A stretch of DNA of 63,189 nt, the filler included, from Octopus bimaculoides (lineage: Eukaryota), in assembly GCF_001194135.2 (NCBI RefSeq). It is 5 parts of 5 records of this genome, joined end to end, with 100 filler letters (N's around TTAATTAATTAA, not from the genome) between each part and the next. Parts side by side here need not be neighbours in the genome. Positions count along the whole stretch, not along the records: positions 16,509 to 38,443 come from NC_068987.1; 4 more parts are not named here. One strand, given 5' to 3'. A model generated the notes under the pieces. The model was not told the origin of the DNA. It ran no database searches and worked only from the letters and a program-made list of their open reading frames with translations. The position numbers and the translations under genes are program-made. Of this stretch, positions 24,580-38,543 are shown in pieces; within the stretch, counting starts at the first letter, position 1, and every line of letters begins with the position of its first letter.

Positions 24580-24900
24580 CGTGGCACTTTGGGCAAGTGT
24601 CTTCTACTATAGCCTCGGGCCGACCAAAGCCTTGTGAGTGGAGTTGGTAGACGCAAACTGAAAGAAGCCCGTCGTATATATGTATATATATATATGTTTG
24701 TGTGTCTGTGTTTGTCCCCCCACCATCGCTTGACAACCGATGCTGGTGTGTTTACGTCCCCGTAACTTAGCGGTTCGGCAAAAAGAGACCGATAGAATAA
24801 GTACTAGGCTTACAAAGAATAAGTCCTGGGGTCGATTTCCTCGACTAAAGGCGGTGCTCCAGCATGGCCGCAGTCAAGTGACTGAAACAAGTAAAAGAGT
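24580..24900 (+). mobile_element. tRNA/CORE-like SINE family A (internal microsatellite; tail TGACTGAAACAAGTAAAAGA), representative copy
   Basis: TTGGGCAAGTGTCTTCTACTATAGCC core; further copies or fragments at about 2465-2835, 7030-7195, 7935-8130, 10245-10870, 13505-13680, 16780-16915, 19590-19875, 28905-29260, 29710-29840, 35735-35880 and 52935-53260. Confidence 0.8.
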
Positions 24901-26888
24901 ATCTATTTAATTCATCTTGATTAATTATTACATAAGTAAAAGAATATATATATACTATGTGCATTGCCACATAATGGCACCCAGCACACTCTGTAAAGTG
25001 GTTGGCATCCAGTTGTAGAAACCATACCAAATCTGACTGGAGCCTGGTGCAGCTTGCCAGCTATGGTCAAACTGTCCAACTTAAGTCACAATGGACAACA
25101 GACGTTAAATGATGATGATGATGATGCACACGCACCCATACATTATAATGTAGGAGTGGTATATGTAAATATATTTTGGAGTAGAGTGGATAGACATATT
25201 TATCATCTGAAAAGTTAATCTACTCTGATTTTCATCCTTTGTTGCCTATGACTGAGGTGAAATGCAGGATATGCCATATTTAGAAGGTTACATAGACAAT
25301 CAGATGTATGGATGACAGAGTGTTAAATGTTATTGTGAATCTTAATTTGAAATATAATGACAATATTAGAATACATTGTTTGCATGTGTATGATTAAGGA
25401 CATGTTTGTTATCTTATTGGATATATATAAACTTAACTGAAATTTTCTGAAACTGTAAAAAAAAAAAAAATTAATATTTCTCAAAAAACATTTCAGTTAA
25501 GTGTTCATATACTTCAAAAAGTAGGAGTGTCTCTCCTAATAATACGCATATAAACACACCGCAAAATTAAGATACACACAAACACGGTGGGGAGGGGATT
25601 CCTTTTCTCAAAATAAATAATTGATAAATATGCCAACAGAGTTATGTCCCTTGATATATAAACCAATTGACTTCTTAACAAATATGATTATTATACTACG
25701 TTAGTAAATTTTCAGAAAAGATGAAAGAGAATCAGATATTCTTAAATTTCGCGTTTATGTACTCACTACTCTCACACCTGCATGAACAAAATTTTAAATT
25801 CGACCTGTCTGTACTCAATTGTGTAATTTAAACTGATGTGTTTACTATTAGCAAATACCTCAAAATTAGCGTTTAAAATAAATTGCTAGCTGCTGTGAAT
25901 TTTTCAGTCTTTCCCCTGCAGTGCAGAATTCACATTTTCTGCTACCATTTATATAGCCAGGTCTTTTAACACTTTAAATTGATATGCAAGTATACAAGTT
26001 TTTCTTTTGAAGATCTGATATTAAATCAAAAGCCTGGATTTAAACCTGCTCACTTTTAGGGTGACCAACAGGAATCTTCTAACTAAGAAACAAATTTGAG
26101 GTCTGATTATGCTACTCTTTATAGTTTACAATACTGTATAGTCATGGGCAGTTAAACAGTTCATTGTACAATCATGTAATTTGAGGTCCAGTTCCAAAGA
26201 GCACTTTCTACTATAGCCCTGGGCCAACTAATGCCTTGTGAGTGGAAATGGTAGATAGGAGCAGCTTAAAAGCGCATTGTGTGGGCCTATGTAAGTCAAT
26301 GCTGATATTTCAAAGCTTCATTTGTCAGCATCTGAGTAAAACAGCAATAAGATGTTTACATTCTTTGTTGACACTATGAAGCATACCTGCTTTGTGCTTT
26401 CAATGTCTAGTGGAATAAAAAAAAAATCTTTTATTTTAAAAACAGGTAAAGGTTGGCAACAGGAAGAGCATCTGGCCATAAAATGCTGCCTCAAATACAT
26501 ACCCAACCCATGCTAGTATAAAAATACAGATAACAAATATACTGGTAGCATGAATCAATGTTCATGTAGGGGACATCTTTTTTCATTCAGCTTTCTAAAA
26601 GTTTTGTATGAACTAGTATTTAAAGCTTGGGCAACAGCCAGAAAATTAACTACAGTTAAGCTTTTGACTAATAAAGACTTAAATGCCAAAAGAGCTGAAT
26701 ATTTACATATTGTCCTTCCTCAGTGTGATTATTCTTTTGCTTATTTCAGTCATTTGACTACAGTCATGCTGGAAACACACACACACATACTTATCACAAG
26801 CCATAATCAAGGCTTCTTTCTGCACAATAATATTAAATCATCAATTGTTACTAATTAATGCCAATAAAAAAATAAATTAGATGAACTA

Positions 26889-27023
<135 letters not shown>

Positions 27024-27818
27024 TCAAAGGCAAAAAAAAAAAAAAAAAAAAAAAAAAGGATTTAAAACAAAAAGTACAAACTTTCATTTAATTCAATTCT
27101 AATCAAAACAAAGGGTGGGAATTTCAATTTGAAGTTAAATCTCATTCAACTCAGTCTTCTATGACTTCAATTTTTAAGTGAAAAAAATGTCTTATTAAAC
27201 AATAATAAAAGGAAGTGAGCAAGTTATAAAAACATGCAGCAAAATTTAATTTAGTTTTTCCATACATCATCCTTTGATGCACCTAGACACACCATCTGTG
27301 ATGTTTCTTCAGGTCATTAAGTGTTTTGGGTGTTTCAGTATCAGACAACTACACCCAAGCAACCCAACCAGTGTTGATCAATACCCAGTTTGGGTCCAGT
27401 TAGCACTTCCCCTTCTGATCTACAGCACCAACTTGGGGCAATCTCTGCTGTTTCCACAGCCAACTTGATGACCTTTCACCAACTGGCCCTTGTGATACCC
27501 AAAATGTTTTAATTTAGTTTTTGATAAATCAATTCAATATCAAATTCCACTTTTGATATCTTCCTCTTTTTGTTGTTTTTGAGAGATTAAGTAACAAATC
27601 CAATTTTAACAAATTCCTTTACAAAAATATCCAAACTTCTAATATCAACTGATTATGAGTCATTTTATTTTTCATACACCAAACAACTGCATGAATTTTA
27701 AATATTTAAATGAAACATATTTGAAGAAGACTCAACAATAACAACAACGACGATGATGATGATGACGACACATCTGTTTTTCTCCAAATTTAGGAAATTA
27801 CTTGAAGCTTCAGTATTA

Positions 27819-28022
<204 letters not shown>

Positions 28023-28855
28023 TTAAAATTTACAATTTTCTACTTTTACATCACACTTCAAGAAAATTCTCGGATTAAACATCCCTTGAAGAATGCTCTA
28101 TATCATCCATACAGCTAAGATTGTATAAAAAATGTGAGATGTCCTCTTCCGAGTCATATATTTCATGTGTCAGTAGCTGACAGCATTTCACAAAACCTGG
28201 GTTCACCCTGCATTTCACAAGCACTGACTCACTATAAAGCTAAAGGTTTCAATGTAAAACTATATTAGCCAATATAAGCAGATATTTGAAACAAAAAAAG
28301 CAACAAGCTTACTGATTGAACCTAAACTATGCACCACTTTCTGCAAATGAACTTGCTAGTATTCTCCCCTAAAAGAGCAAAACATACAATCTGGAGTAAT
28401 GGATGATGTTTCTCTCTGCCTCAGCTACCACACCAGGCATTGCTCATCACCTAAATCCTTTACAAAAATATCCAAACTTCTAATATCCACATTCACCTAA
28501 ATCCATTAAATTCCATGTCCCTTTCCTTTACCAAACTGTATTTGGTTTTACTTAAAGTTTATATTAATTACTTTCCCTAATCTTCATCACAAATAGATGC
28601 CAAGAAAATTAAACTACAAAATAAAAGCCTAATCATACATTTTCAGAATAACCACCAAATTGCTTAGGATTCTAATACTTAATTCACAAACATACCACTA
28701 CTTCTACTATCATCCCCACTCTTGTCTCATTTTCTGGACACTGCCCTAAACATTTCTTTCCCAGACTGTGAAACATACTGAAGGATTACAGTTACAAGTG
28801 CTGTAACAAATGAAGTTAAACCATTTGTCTATGTCAACTAAACAGTCTGTATGCG

Positions 28856-28897
<42 letters not shown>

Positions 28898-29872
28898 CAT
28901 ACGTGCAGGTGTGGCTATGTGGTAAGATGCTCACTTTCCAACCACATGACTTCAGGTTCATCCCCATTGTGTGACGCCTTGCACAAGTGTATTCTACTTA
29001 TAGCCTTGGGCCAACCAAAGCCTTGTGAGTAAATTTGGTAGACAGAGACTGAAAGAAGCCTGTCGTATGTATATAAGTATGTTTGTTCCCCCCATCACTG
29101 CTTGACAACTGGTGTTGGTGTGTCTGTGTCCCCATAACTTAGTGGTTTGGCAAAAGAGACCAACAGCATAAGTACCAGGTTTAAAAAAGGTCGATTCATT
29201 TGACTACAAATGAATCAACCCACCATGGCCAGTCTAGTGACTGAAAAAAAGTAAAAGATAAAAGATATATATATATATATATATAAGGACACAGATATTG
29301 TGTCATATAGCCAGCTGGAAACAATGTTTCCTGAGGCTAAACAACAGTGTGTANNNNNNNNNNNNNNNNNNNNNNNNNNNNNNNNNNNNNNNNNNNNNNN
29401 NNNNNNNNNNNNNNNNNNNNNNNNNNNNNNNTATATACATATACATATACACACACACACACACATATATATACATCATCACCATCACTATTTTAACATC
29501 CACTTTTGCATGGGTCTGACAGAATTTATTGAGGCAGAATTTCTACAGCTGAATGCCCTTCTTGTTGCCAACCCTCATTTGTTTACAAACAAGGTAATAT
29601 TTTCCCATGAATGGACATTTTCACAGTAAATTGGAAACTAAAGACACCAACTTGTATAATGGTGACACTCGTTTACAATTATGGCACAATGTCAAGCAAG
29701 GAGGTGCACACGCATGCACACACACATAAACAATGGACTTCTTTCAGTTTTTGTCTATCAAATCCACTGATAAGGCTTTGGTTGAACCCAAGGCTATTGT
29801 TGAAGACATTTGCCCAAGATGCTATGCACTGGGACTGAGACAGAATGAAACTAGAGTTTGTTTGAAATGTCA

Positions 29873-30052
<180 letters not shown>

Positions 30053-33000
30053 TTAAAAAAAACAATGAAACATCACATATATTACCAACAATAGCCATTT
30101 GGGCTGGGTTTCTTTTTTCTTTTTTTAAATGTCATTTTAATAATATATCTTGATAAATGGTTTAGATGTCAGTTTAGTCCCAATTTAGTCCTGGTTTAGT
30201 AGAAAATTCTCTACTTTGACAGAGGATTGACCTTTGATGTTGTTTAGCCCAAAGCGAGGTCTGATTGAGTAGATCTCTGACAAAGGTGGTTCAACTGTGA
30301 ATATCTCATCAGATACAGTGTAAGTAGGACTACTTTATCTAATGTGTCCCTCTTTGTTTTTTAATCTTGAAACAATAAGTATGAAGAGAATGTAGTATAG
30401 CTAATGTTTCTAGCAGCTTTAGCAACTACATTCGATTCTGCTCATCATTTCCCATTATCTCTACCTGCAACAGAATGTGCCCCAGCATGAAATAGTTGCT
30501 TTCATAGTATGAATCTATGTTGAGTGGAGGCACACGGCTTAGTGGTTAGGGTGTTGGACTCACAACTATAAGATTGTGATTTCAATTCCTGGACCGTTGT
30601 GTTCTTGAGCAAAACACTTCATTTCACATTGCTCCAGTCCACTCAGCTGTAAAAATGAGTTTAGCCTGGAGAGGGATGGGCTCTGTCAAGCTTTCTTGCC
30701 CTAGATACGCTGCATGGCTACAGTGCTCTAACAACCCCCAAGGGGTTAAAGGACTTGTCAGTGTTATTGGACATATTTCATGTTAGTTTCATCCGCCATA
30801 CTCTTCTGTGCTGGCTTTAGAGCACGTTGAAAGAGGGTATTAATTTTGGAGTTCTCCTTTTCCAACATTGATTACTTTCACTGCAGCTAAAGAGCTCAAT
30901 CTGCCCTTACGAAAATCTATTTAACCCACAGATGGGACCCATAGATGGAAGAGTATGGATGAGGAGCCTAAGATGAGGTATACCCAATAACATAGAATTA
31001 AGCTATGGAAGCAACCATCTCTTGTTGGTGTACATTCTGCTGCAGGTGGAGATAGTGAGAAATAATGAACAGAAAGGATTGAGCCCCTGACTGCTCCAAG
31101 TCAAACACCTGTCACAGAACAAACATCACATTGATATTGATCTAGTTTGCCCAAGTAGATACACTTGAAAAATAGTATTTCATATTCACAGTTAGACGAT
31201 AATTCTCATAAAAGTTATCCACAGACCATGCACACCTATGGTACACAGGTAGTCAATTAATTAGACGTAATCCACAGATCATTATGACAAATATGGTTAA
31301 CCCAAATCAAAGGTAATCTAGTTGTGACCATCATGTCTTTTTATGGTCACATGAGACAATATCTAATGTGTTGTTTCCTTTTTCAAGATGGCAGAATGTT
31401 TGTGCTTTTTTTGTTTTGTTTTTCGGTGGGGGGAATTTTAGCTGCAATTTTTAGCAGTTATTATTTGTGGTGGTGTTCAGAGAGGTGAGCATACTCCTCC
31501 TCCTCTTCCTCCTCACTATAGTAATGAGACTGAGAACAGAAGCAACAATAATACTGATAGTGATAAATGATTATGGAAAACAACAGCTTTATGACAAAAT
31601 GATAGTGACACAGCATGAATGAGATATATAATAATGGATGAATAATGACAAGGGACTAGTGGTGGTGGCAGTGGTGGTGGAGGTGACAATGACAAGATGA
31701 ATGTTAACACTAAGGAAAAAGCAATCAAATTTTTTGCACTTCTCCCCTTCTTTCATTGACTATTTGAATACAACCTTCTTTTGACTCTTCATGGAGTGAG
31801 TATCAGCCATTACGTAACTGGGTAAGCCTTAGCAGATTACTGGTACATATTTTAACTTCACTCCCAACACCCACTACAAAGGCATGTGAAGAGACTCCTA
31901 AACTAAGATTCTCTTAATTGTGACAGTTTAACATTACTATTTCTCTCTCGCTTTGTGTTTTTTTTTCTTTTTTTATTTGCTAAGCCTGGAGGAAGGGGAA
32001 GGGCTAGAGACCACAACCCTTACAGAACTGCCAAGATTGAGGAAATTGATATCATTAATGCTTCATTTGTCATAGGTCAACCCCCACCCTCCACCCACCC
32101 AAGAAGGAGAGACATGAATCAGGAGGAGATTCCAGAAGATTAATGTTCTGGGTATAAAGGATTGGATGTAATGCTTAGTGTGAGAAAGGGTGACTGGATG
32201 CACCAAGGATGCTGAGAGGTGGAGAGATGAGTGAGCTGGGAATACAAGAGTGATGGGGGTATATGACCAACAAGCTCCAAAGAGCAGAGGTCATTATAGT
32301 AGCAACAGAAAACATGGGGGGAAGACAGCAGACCTGTGGACCAGAGACTGGAGTGGGTCCACTCAGCCAAGTGGTTCTTCTCTCAGTACAATCCAGTATA
32401 TCAGTGCGCTGAGGTTATTAACAGTTTTGACAGAGACATAATACACATTCTTAACCCTTTGCTTGTCCTGTGTATCACATGTGACACAAAGGATATATTA
32501 CCCTGGTATCCATGGAACATCATCATCATCATCATCATCGTTTAACGTCCGCTTTCCATGCTAGCATGGGTTGGACGATTTGACTGAGGACTGGTGAAAC
32601 CGGATGGCAACACCAGGCTCCAATCTAATTTGGCAGAGTTTCTACAGCTGGATGCCCTTCCTAACGCCAACCACTCAGACATATATGAAATACATATCCC
32701 CCCGCCCTTTTTTTTCAACCACCAAAGTAACTTGTGACTTATGAAAAGAGAACTTTAGATTACTCAGAATGTATAAAACAAGGGCTAACAGAAAGTCGGA
32801 AAATAAACATGGGGGGAGGTCTAATTCTTTAAGCATTTAAATCTATCATACCCAACCCAAATATTTTACCTGCTTCTTACAATTACCCCACAATGTTATT
32901 CTAAAACTAAACAATTATATCACTGAAATTTTAAAATTACAATACAATGCCTGGTTAATGCAAAGCAATGTTAATAAATAAGCATTACATTTGATAGAGT

Positions 33001-33135
33001 AATTTGAATGCTAAAAGGTTAAGATAAACTTATGAAAATGCTTTGGACAAGCAAAGGGTTAAAGAATGTATCAAAAGGAAAAAAAAAAAAAATCTGAATA
33101 GATGTGAAACTTGTGTAGAAGTGTTTAATTATTAC

Positions 33136-33236
33136 CTGATTCTGGATGGTGGCCGTAAATCATACATGTGGACATAGCAAAGAATTTCATTCACTAATCT
33201 TGTTGTCATCAACTCAAAATCAGCAAATGTGTCTGT
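33136..33236 (-). CDS. FAM135: FAM135 exon: TDTFADFELMTTRLVNEILCYVHMYDLRPPSRIS
   Basis: DTFADF-x-x-MT-x-RL motif; ttttacag acceptor, AG|gtaata donor; 101 bp phase 0-2. Confidence 0.95.
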
Positions 33237-33520
33237 CTGTAAAAGTCATAGACAATAGCATTATATGGAAGCCAAGACTAGAATAATAGACTTAACAAAT
33301 AACATTCATTTATTTATGTTTTAAAAGTCTGTTTGAGATGGATTAAGACAAATTAAAACTTAAGAAACTCCTGAAGCTATTTTAAAAACAACTGTAACAT
33401 AAAGTCTAACAAGTAGTAACTTTATTTTTTGCTTTTCCATTAAATTTATTATTAAATCCCTAGTACATTATTTACATTATTTACATTTGATGGATATTTG
33501 TCCTCATCTTGTTTGTTGTT

Positions 33521-33567
33521 AACACAACGTTTCGGTTGATATACCCTCCAGCCTTCATCAACGTTTT
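33521..33567 (-). ncRNA. Degenerate inverted copy of the same hammerhead (C3U, helix I 5' strand disrupted)
   Basis: Reverse complement reads caaaacgt-TGATGA-A-GGCTG(gagggtatat)CAACC-GAAA-CGTT-GTGTT. Confidence 0.6.
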
Positions 33568-33742
33568 GGCCAATATTCCCTCCTGCCTTAACCACCACGT
33601 GGTTAAGAGTGTGGGCTACTAACCCAAGATTTCAAGTTCAATTCCAGGCAGTGACCAGAATAATAATAATAATAATAACAATAATAATAATAACATTGAA
33701 AAATACCTTAGGAATGAGAACCCAGGTTCAAAATTTCCCCAA

Positions 33743-33788
33743 AACACCTGATGAAGGCTGGAGGATATATCGGCTGAAACGTTGTGTT
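33743..33788 (+). ncRNA. Minimal type-I hammerhead ribozyme (Penelope-type, dimeric)
   Basis: AACAC-CTGATGA-A-GGCTG(gaggatatat)CGGCT-GAAA-C-GTT^GTGTT. Helix I is AACAC/GTGTT (5 bp), the core is canonical, helix II pairs with two G-U wobbles, and helix III is the palindrome AACGTT. Predicted cut after 33783. Confidence 0.8.
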
Positions 33789-34959
33789 AACAACAAAGAA
33801 AATGAAGTCAAATATCCGTCAAATGTAAATAATGTACATAATTCCTCATCTCTTAAATATAGACCTGCAAATCCCTGGTGTTCGAAAGTAATAGCTCCCA
33901 CCGGCTTAAGATCCTATATAGTGGCAATCTTACTGGAACTATTAATTTAGCACTTAATTCTGGAATGTAGGGCTAAATGACACAATTACTGTTAACAGGC
34001 ATACATACAAACATATATACATGCTTGCATGTACAAATACACTTGGGCACACATGTACAAGCACACACATACATAATTGATCTTAAAACTTTTATTGTTA
34101 TTAAAAAACAGTAATTTTATCAAAACAGTAATTTTATCAAAACAGTAATTTCTTATAACAAAATGGCTGAATAAAACAGTTCACCTTGCTCTAAATCAAT
34201 TGTCATAGATTCAATCAGACTCTCACTTTTTCCTTTTTGCTATTTAAATGTATCTGTCCCTTATTTACATTTATAATGAATTTATAGAAAATTAGTTTTA
34301 TTGACATATTTTTATCACAAGCATGTATTAGAGAGAAGAAAATGTAGCCACCTGGACTCAGTGATTTAAATGTTCCAACTATTAGTACATTGTGTATACT
34401 TTGCTTTAGTCTATATCAGTGAGAAATAGCTGCCAGTATCAATTCATAGTAAATAAAATCGAAGTAGTCATCACTTTTTATCAATATGTTGGAGATGAGG
34501 AACATGTATCATCATCATCATCATCATCATTTAATGTCTGTTTTCCATGCTGGCATGGGCTGGGTAGCTTAACAGGAACTGGTAAGACCAAGGAGTGCAG
34601 CAGGTTCCATAGTCTGTTTTGGTTTGATTTCTATAGCTGGATGCCCGTCCTAGTGCCAACCATTTCACAAAGTGTACTGAATGTTTTTTTTTTACATGGC
34701 ACCATCACCAGTGCCTTTTACATGGCACCAGCACAAGGTTCCTTATGTATGGATATTTGTGTGTGGGGCATTGAATGTGTTAACTAGAAGTATGTAAGTT
34801 GCAGAAGACTGCAGTCATCAGCTATGCTTGTTTCCAAAATAGTGTTGTTGTTTAGCCCAAGGTCAAAGCTGGTTAAGCAGACCTATGATCACAAGTAATC
34901 CAGACATTCCCAGACCATTTTATTAATTATATATCATGTGTCTAGTCTAAAGGATAAAG

Positions 34960-35290
34960 ACCCCCTTCAGTCATGAATGACCACGAGACAGCATCTAGAA
35001 AGTTACCCTCTGAAGCACAAGTCCAGGCAAGGTTGCTTACGGAAGACCAGCAGTCACCCATGTAGACCAGCCCCCCCCCTCTCCATGCCACTGATGTTAT
35101 CCAAGGGAAAGGCAAACGCCGATACAGCTTGGCACCAGTGACGTTGCAACTCATTTCTACAGCTGAATGAACTGAAGCAATGTGAAATAAAGTGTCTTGC
35201 TCAAGAACACAATACACAGCCCAGTCTGGGTATTGAACTCACTACCTCACGATTGTGAGTCCGACGCTCTAGCCACTGAGCCATGTGCCA
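34960..35290 (-). mobile_element. tRNA-derived SINE family E
   Basis: Homologous to about 56580-56905 and to the head at 30525-30660 (GTTCTTGAGCAAGACACTT...CACTCAGCTG). Confidence 0.7.
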
Positions 35291-35902
35291 ACTACATTAT
35301 ATGTATGTCTTTCATTGTCTAAGCTGCTATTAGTAATGGCGTTTAGCCCTGATAGACATATTTTCAGAGTAGCAAAACAAATGTGATAAACCAGATTATA
35401 TATTTTCATTCAAGATTTTGTGACCAGAAAAAAAAAAAAAAACTCTTCATTTTGATACAGTGTCTCATCAAAAAAATGCTGTTTTTTACATGATAACACT
35501 TTTGTCAGTTATACAAATCATCATCATCATTTAATGTTCACTTTTCCATGCTTGCATGGGTCAGACAGAGTTTACTGAGGCAGATTTTCTATGACCAGAT
35601 GCTCTTCCTGTTACCAAACCATACCTGTTTCCAAGCAAGGTAATATTTACCTATGGCCAAACATGTTTTCACAGAATATTGGAAATGAATATCACTCCTT
35701 ACATGAGAGTTACAATCATACATACATCCATGGCAGGCTCCTTTCAGTTTCTGTTAACCAATTCCACTCACAAAGCTTTGTTCAACACAGGACTGTAGTA
35801 GAAGACACTTCCCAGGTGCCATACAGTGGAACTGAACCCAGAAGCATGTGGTTGGTAAACAAAGTTATTATCACACAGCCATATTTATGTAATTATATGC
35901 TA

Positions 35903-36037
<135 letters not shown>

Positions 36038-37076
36038 TCAGAAAAATTATACTCTGTCATAATGTCATTGCAATTTTGATAGTTTCGTATTATTTCCTGG
36101 TAAAAGAATGGCAACTTTAAATTTTAATGCTACTATTGCTATGTAAATGATAAAGATTTCTTATGACCAAAGGAACAGAATCAATTAAATCAATATTAGT
36201 ACCTTATGGAAGCTTATTTTAATAAACCTAAATGGTTAAACCCTAATACAGCTGAGTACATTGCATAAATCAACAATTTGACAGAATCCATTTTATTGTG
36301 AACAAATCAGCTTTTAAAATGTAGTTTGATATGTTCTTCCAGAACATGTTCATATTCTAGAAAATATCCTATATGCTCTATTGACTGGATTTAGAATCAC
36401 ATTTTTCCCAGTTAATATGGGCCAGGTGGTGAGCTAGCAGAAACGTTAGCATGCCAGGCAAAATGCTTTGTGATATTTTGTCTGTCTTTACACTCTGAGT
36501 TCAAATTCTGCCAAGGTCAACTTTGCCTTTCATCCTTTCAGGGTCGGTAAATTAAGTACTAGTTGTATACTGGGGTCAATCTAATCGACTGACTCCCGCC
36601 CCAAAATTTCTGGCCTTGTGCCTAGAGGAAAAAATAATATGATGGAGGACCACAAAATGAAGGATCAGGTTGAGATCATGTTACTGATGTTTTATGACCA
36701 AGACAACTAACAATTGCTATTTTAGACAAGAGAAGACTACAACTAACAACTGCTTTCGAATCCCATTGTATGATGTTCAAATCGTTCCTGGATTACAATA
36801 TACAGCATGTACCTAGGGTAGATTATTCAGTTGTTGGTGTCACTGCAACAATTCAATGAATTATAGAAAACATGTTTAATATAATATTTAGCTAGCATTT
36901 CATCCAATTATCATTTTATCTATGACTTATCTAAGTCTAGATTGATAAATCACCAATAAAGCAATAAGATGGTTAAAAAAACTAGTGAAATTTAGAGGGG
37001 AAAAAATCTTTAAATCACATTACAGTTGATTACCGAAGACTGCTTAACAAAGATTATGAAAGACGTATTAACTTAC

Positions 37077-37189
37077 CATCCAAACCATGGACACAGATGA
37101 TTAAATGTAGATGATCAGAATTACTGTTAGGATCATAATACTGTGGAGTCAAAAAATATGGAATGTCCGAAGCTACTGATGAAAATTCA
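37077..37189 (-). CDS. FAM135: FAM135 exon: EFSSVASDIPYFLTPQYYDPNSNSDHLHLIICVHGLDG
   Basis: ASDIPYF and HL-x-x-CVHGLDG motifs of FAM135A/B; ttcttcag acceptor, G|gtaagt donor; 113 bp phase 2-1. Confidence 0.93.
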
Positions 37190-37947
37190 CTGAAGAAGAG
37201 AGAAAAATTTATGATTATTAACAAAACTAAAATGTGGAATTGTTTGAATTTTGTGAGGGTGGAACAGTGAGTTTATTATAGTTCCATAAGACCACCAGAG
37301 AAGTTATCTGTTCACATTTTGTGACTTTCACTTCATTACATTTGTAACCAAAGCTTTTAATGGGTTAATCTGCCAGATCAGATTGGAGCCTGGTGTAGCC
37401 ATCTGGTTCACCAGTCCTCAGTCAAATCATCCAACCCATGCTAGCATGGAAAGCGGACATTAAACGATGATGATGATGATGATTATCATCATTATTATTA
37501 TTATTGGAGTGATGATATTTATGATGTCGATCGTGGTAATGAGAAGGATGATCATCACATTAAGAAGGGAAAAGACGATGATGAGGATAATGATTACAAC
37601 AAAACAAAACAAAACAACAAAAAAAAACAACAAAACAAAAGAAATATCACTGACATGACATATCATAAAAGAGTATTAATAACAACCAAGCGGAGCAGAC
37701 AGGAACAACAAGACGTCAGAAAGAAGATTACTGCTTAAAGCTATCAACATTGATGATTCAAGATACAGTTGCATTGATTGTTTATGAAATAAATGTCTCC
37801 CTCACTAATAGAATGAATCACCATTAATCACAATTATATGTATTTTTGCCCCCTGTATGGAGGATATTAATATGTCATCATTTGCTATAATATACAAAAG
37901 ACAATGAACTCAGAATATAGCTAGTGTAAAATGTGTGTGTGCATGTG

Positions 37948-37999
<52 letters not shown>

Positions 38000-38543
38000 C
38001 ATGTATGTATGTATGAGTGTGTGTGTATAAACACACATACACATATATTTAAATGAATGACAACATGATATGATAAAGTAAAGTACACTCAACAACAATG
38101 TATAAGGTATGGATGAAATTAAATAGAAGCAGTAGGATGGTCCAATATGCAAACACCAATACAATGCAATATTGCTGCGCATATATATATATATATATAT
38201 ATCATCATCATCATCATCGTTTAACGTCCGCTTTCCATGCTAGCATGGGTTGGACGATTTGACTGAGGACTGGTGAAACCGGATGGCAACACCAGGCTCC
38301 AGTCTGATTTGGCAGAGTTTCTACAGCTGGATGCCCTTCCTAACGCCAACCACTCAGAGAGTGTAGTGGGTGCTTTTACGTGTCACCCGCACGAAAACGG
38401 CCACGCTCGAAATGGTGTCTTTTATGTGCCACCCGCACAAGCCNNNNNNNNNNNNNNNNNNNNNNNNNNNNNNNNNNNNNNNNNNNNTTAATTAATTAAN
38501 NNNNNNNNNNNNNNNNNNNNNNNNNNNNNNNNNNNNNNNNNNN

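Larger units (their letters stand above)
33463..33865 (+). mobile_element. tRNA-headed SINE-like element with (AAT)n spacer and hammerhead-bearing Penelope-type tail, preceded by an inverted partial copy of the tail
   Basis: tRNA-like head at 33599-33656 (GTGGTTAAG, anticodon-like arm ggg-ct-act-aa-ccc, B box GTTCAATTCC at 33636), (AAT)n at 33657-33692, tail to about 33865; 33463-33560 is the reverse complement of 33749-33838. Confidence 0.65.

Noticed and set aside
31955-32143. Orphan ORF AKPGGRGRARDHNPYRTAKIEE... antisense in a FAM135 intron
   Set aside because: Short, no recognisable motif, no partner exons found; probably a decayed repeat.
32578-32610. CTGAGGA-ctggt-GAAA-CCGG in SINE-B copies
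   Set aside because: No helix II, no NUH triplet (GAT follows) and no helix I.
33599-33656. Functional tRNA gene
   Set aside because: 5' acceptor half is truncated and the sequence is embedded in a repeat; treated as a SINE head.
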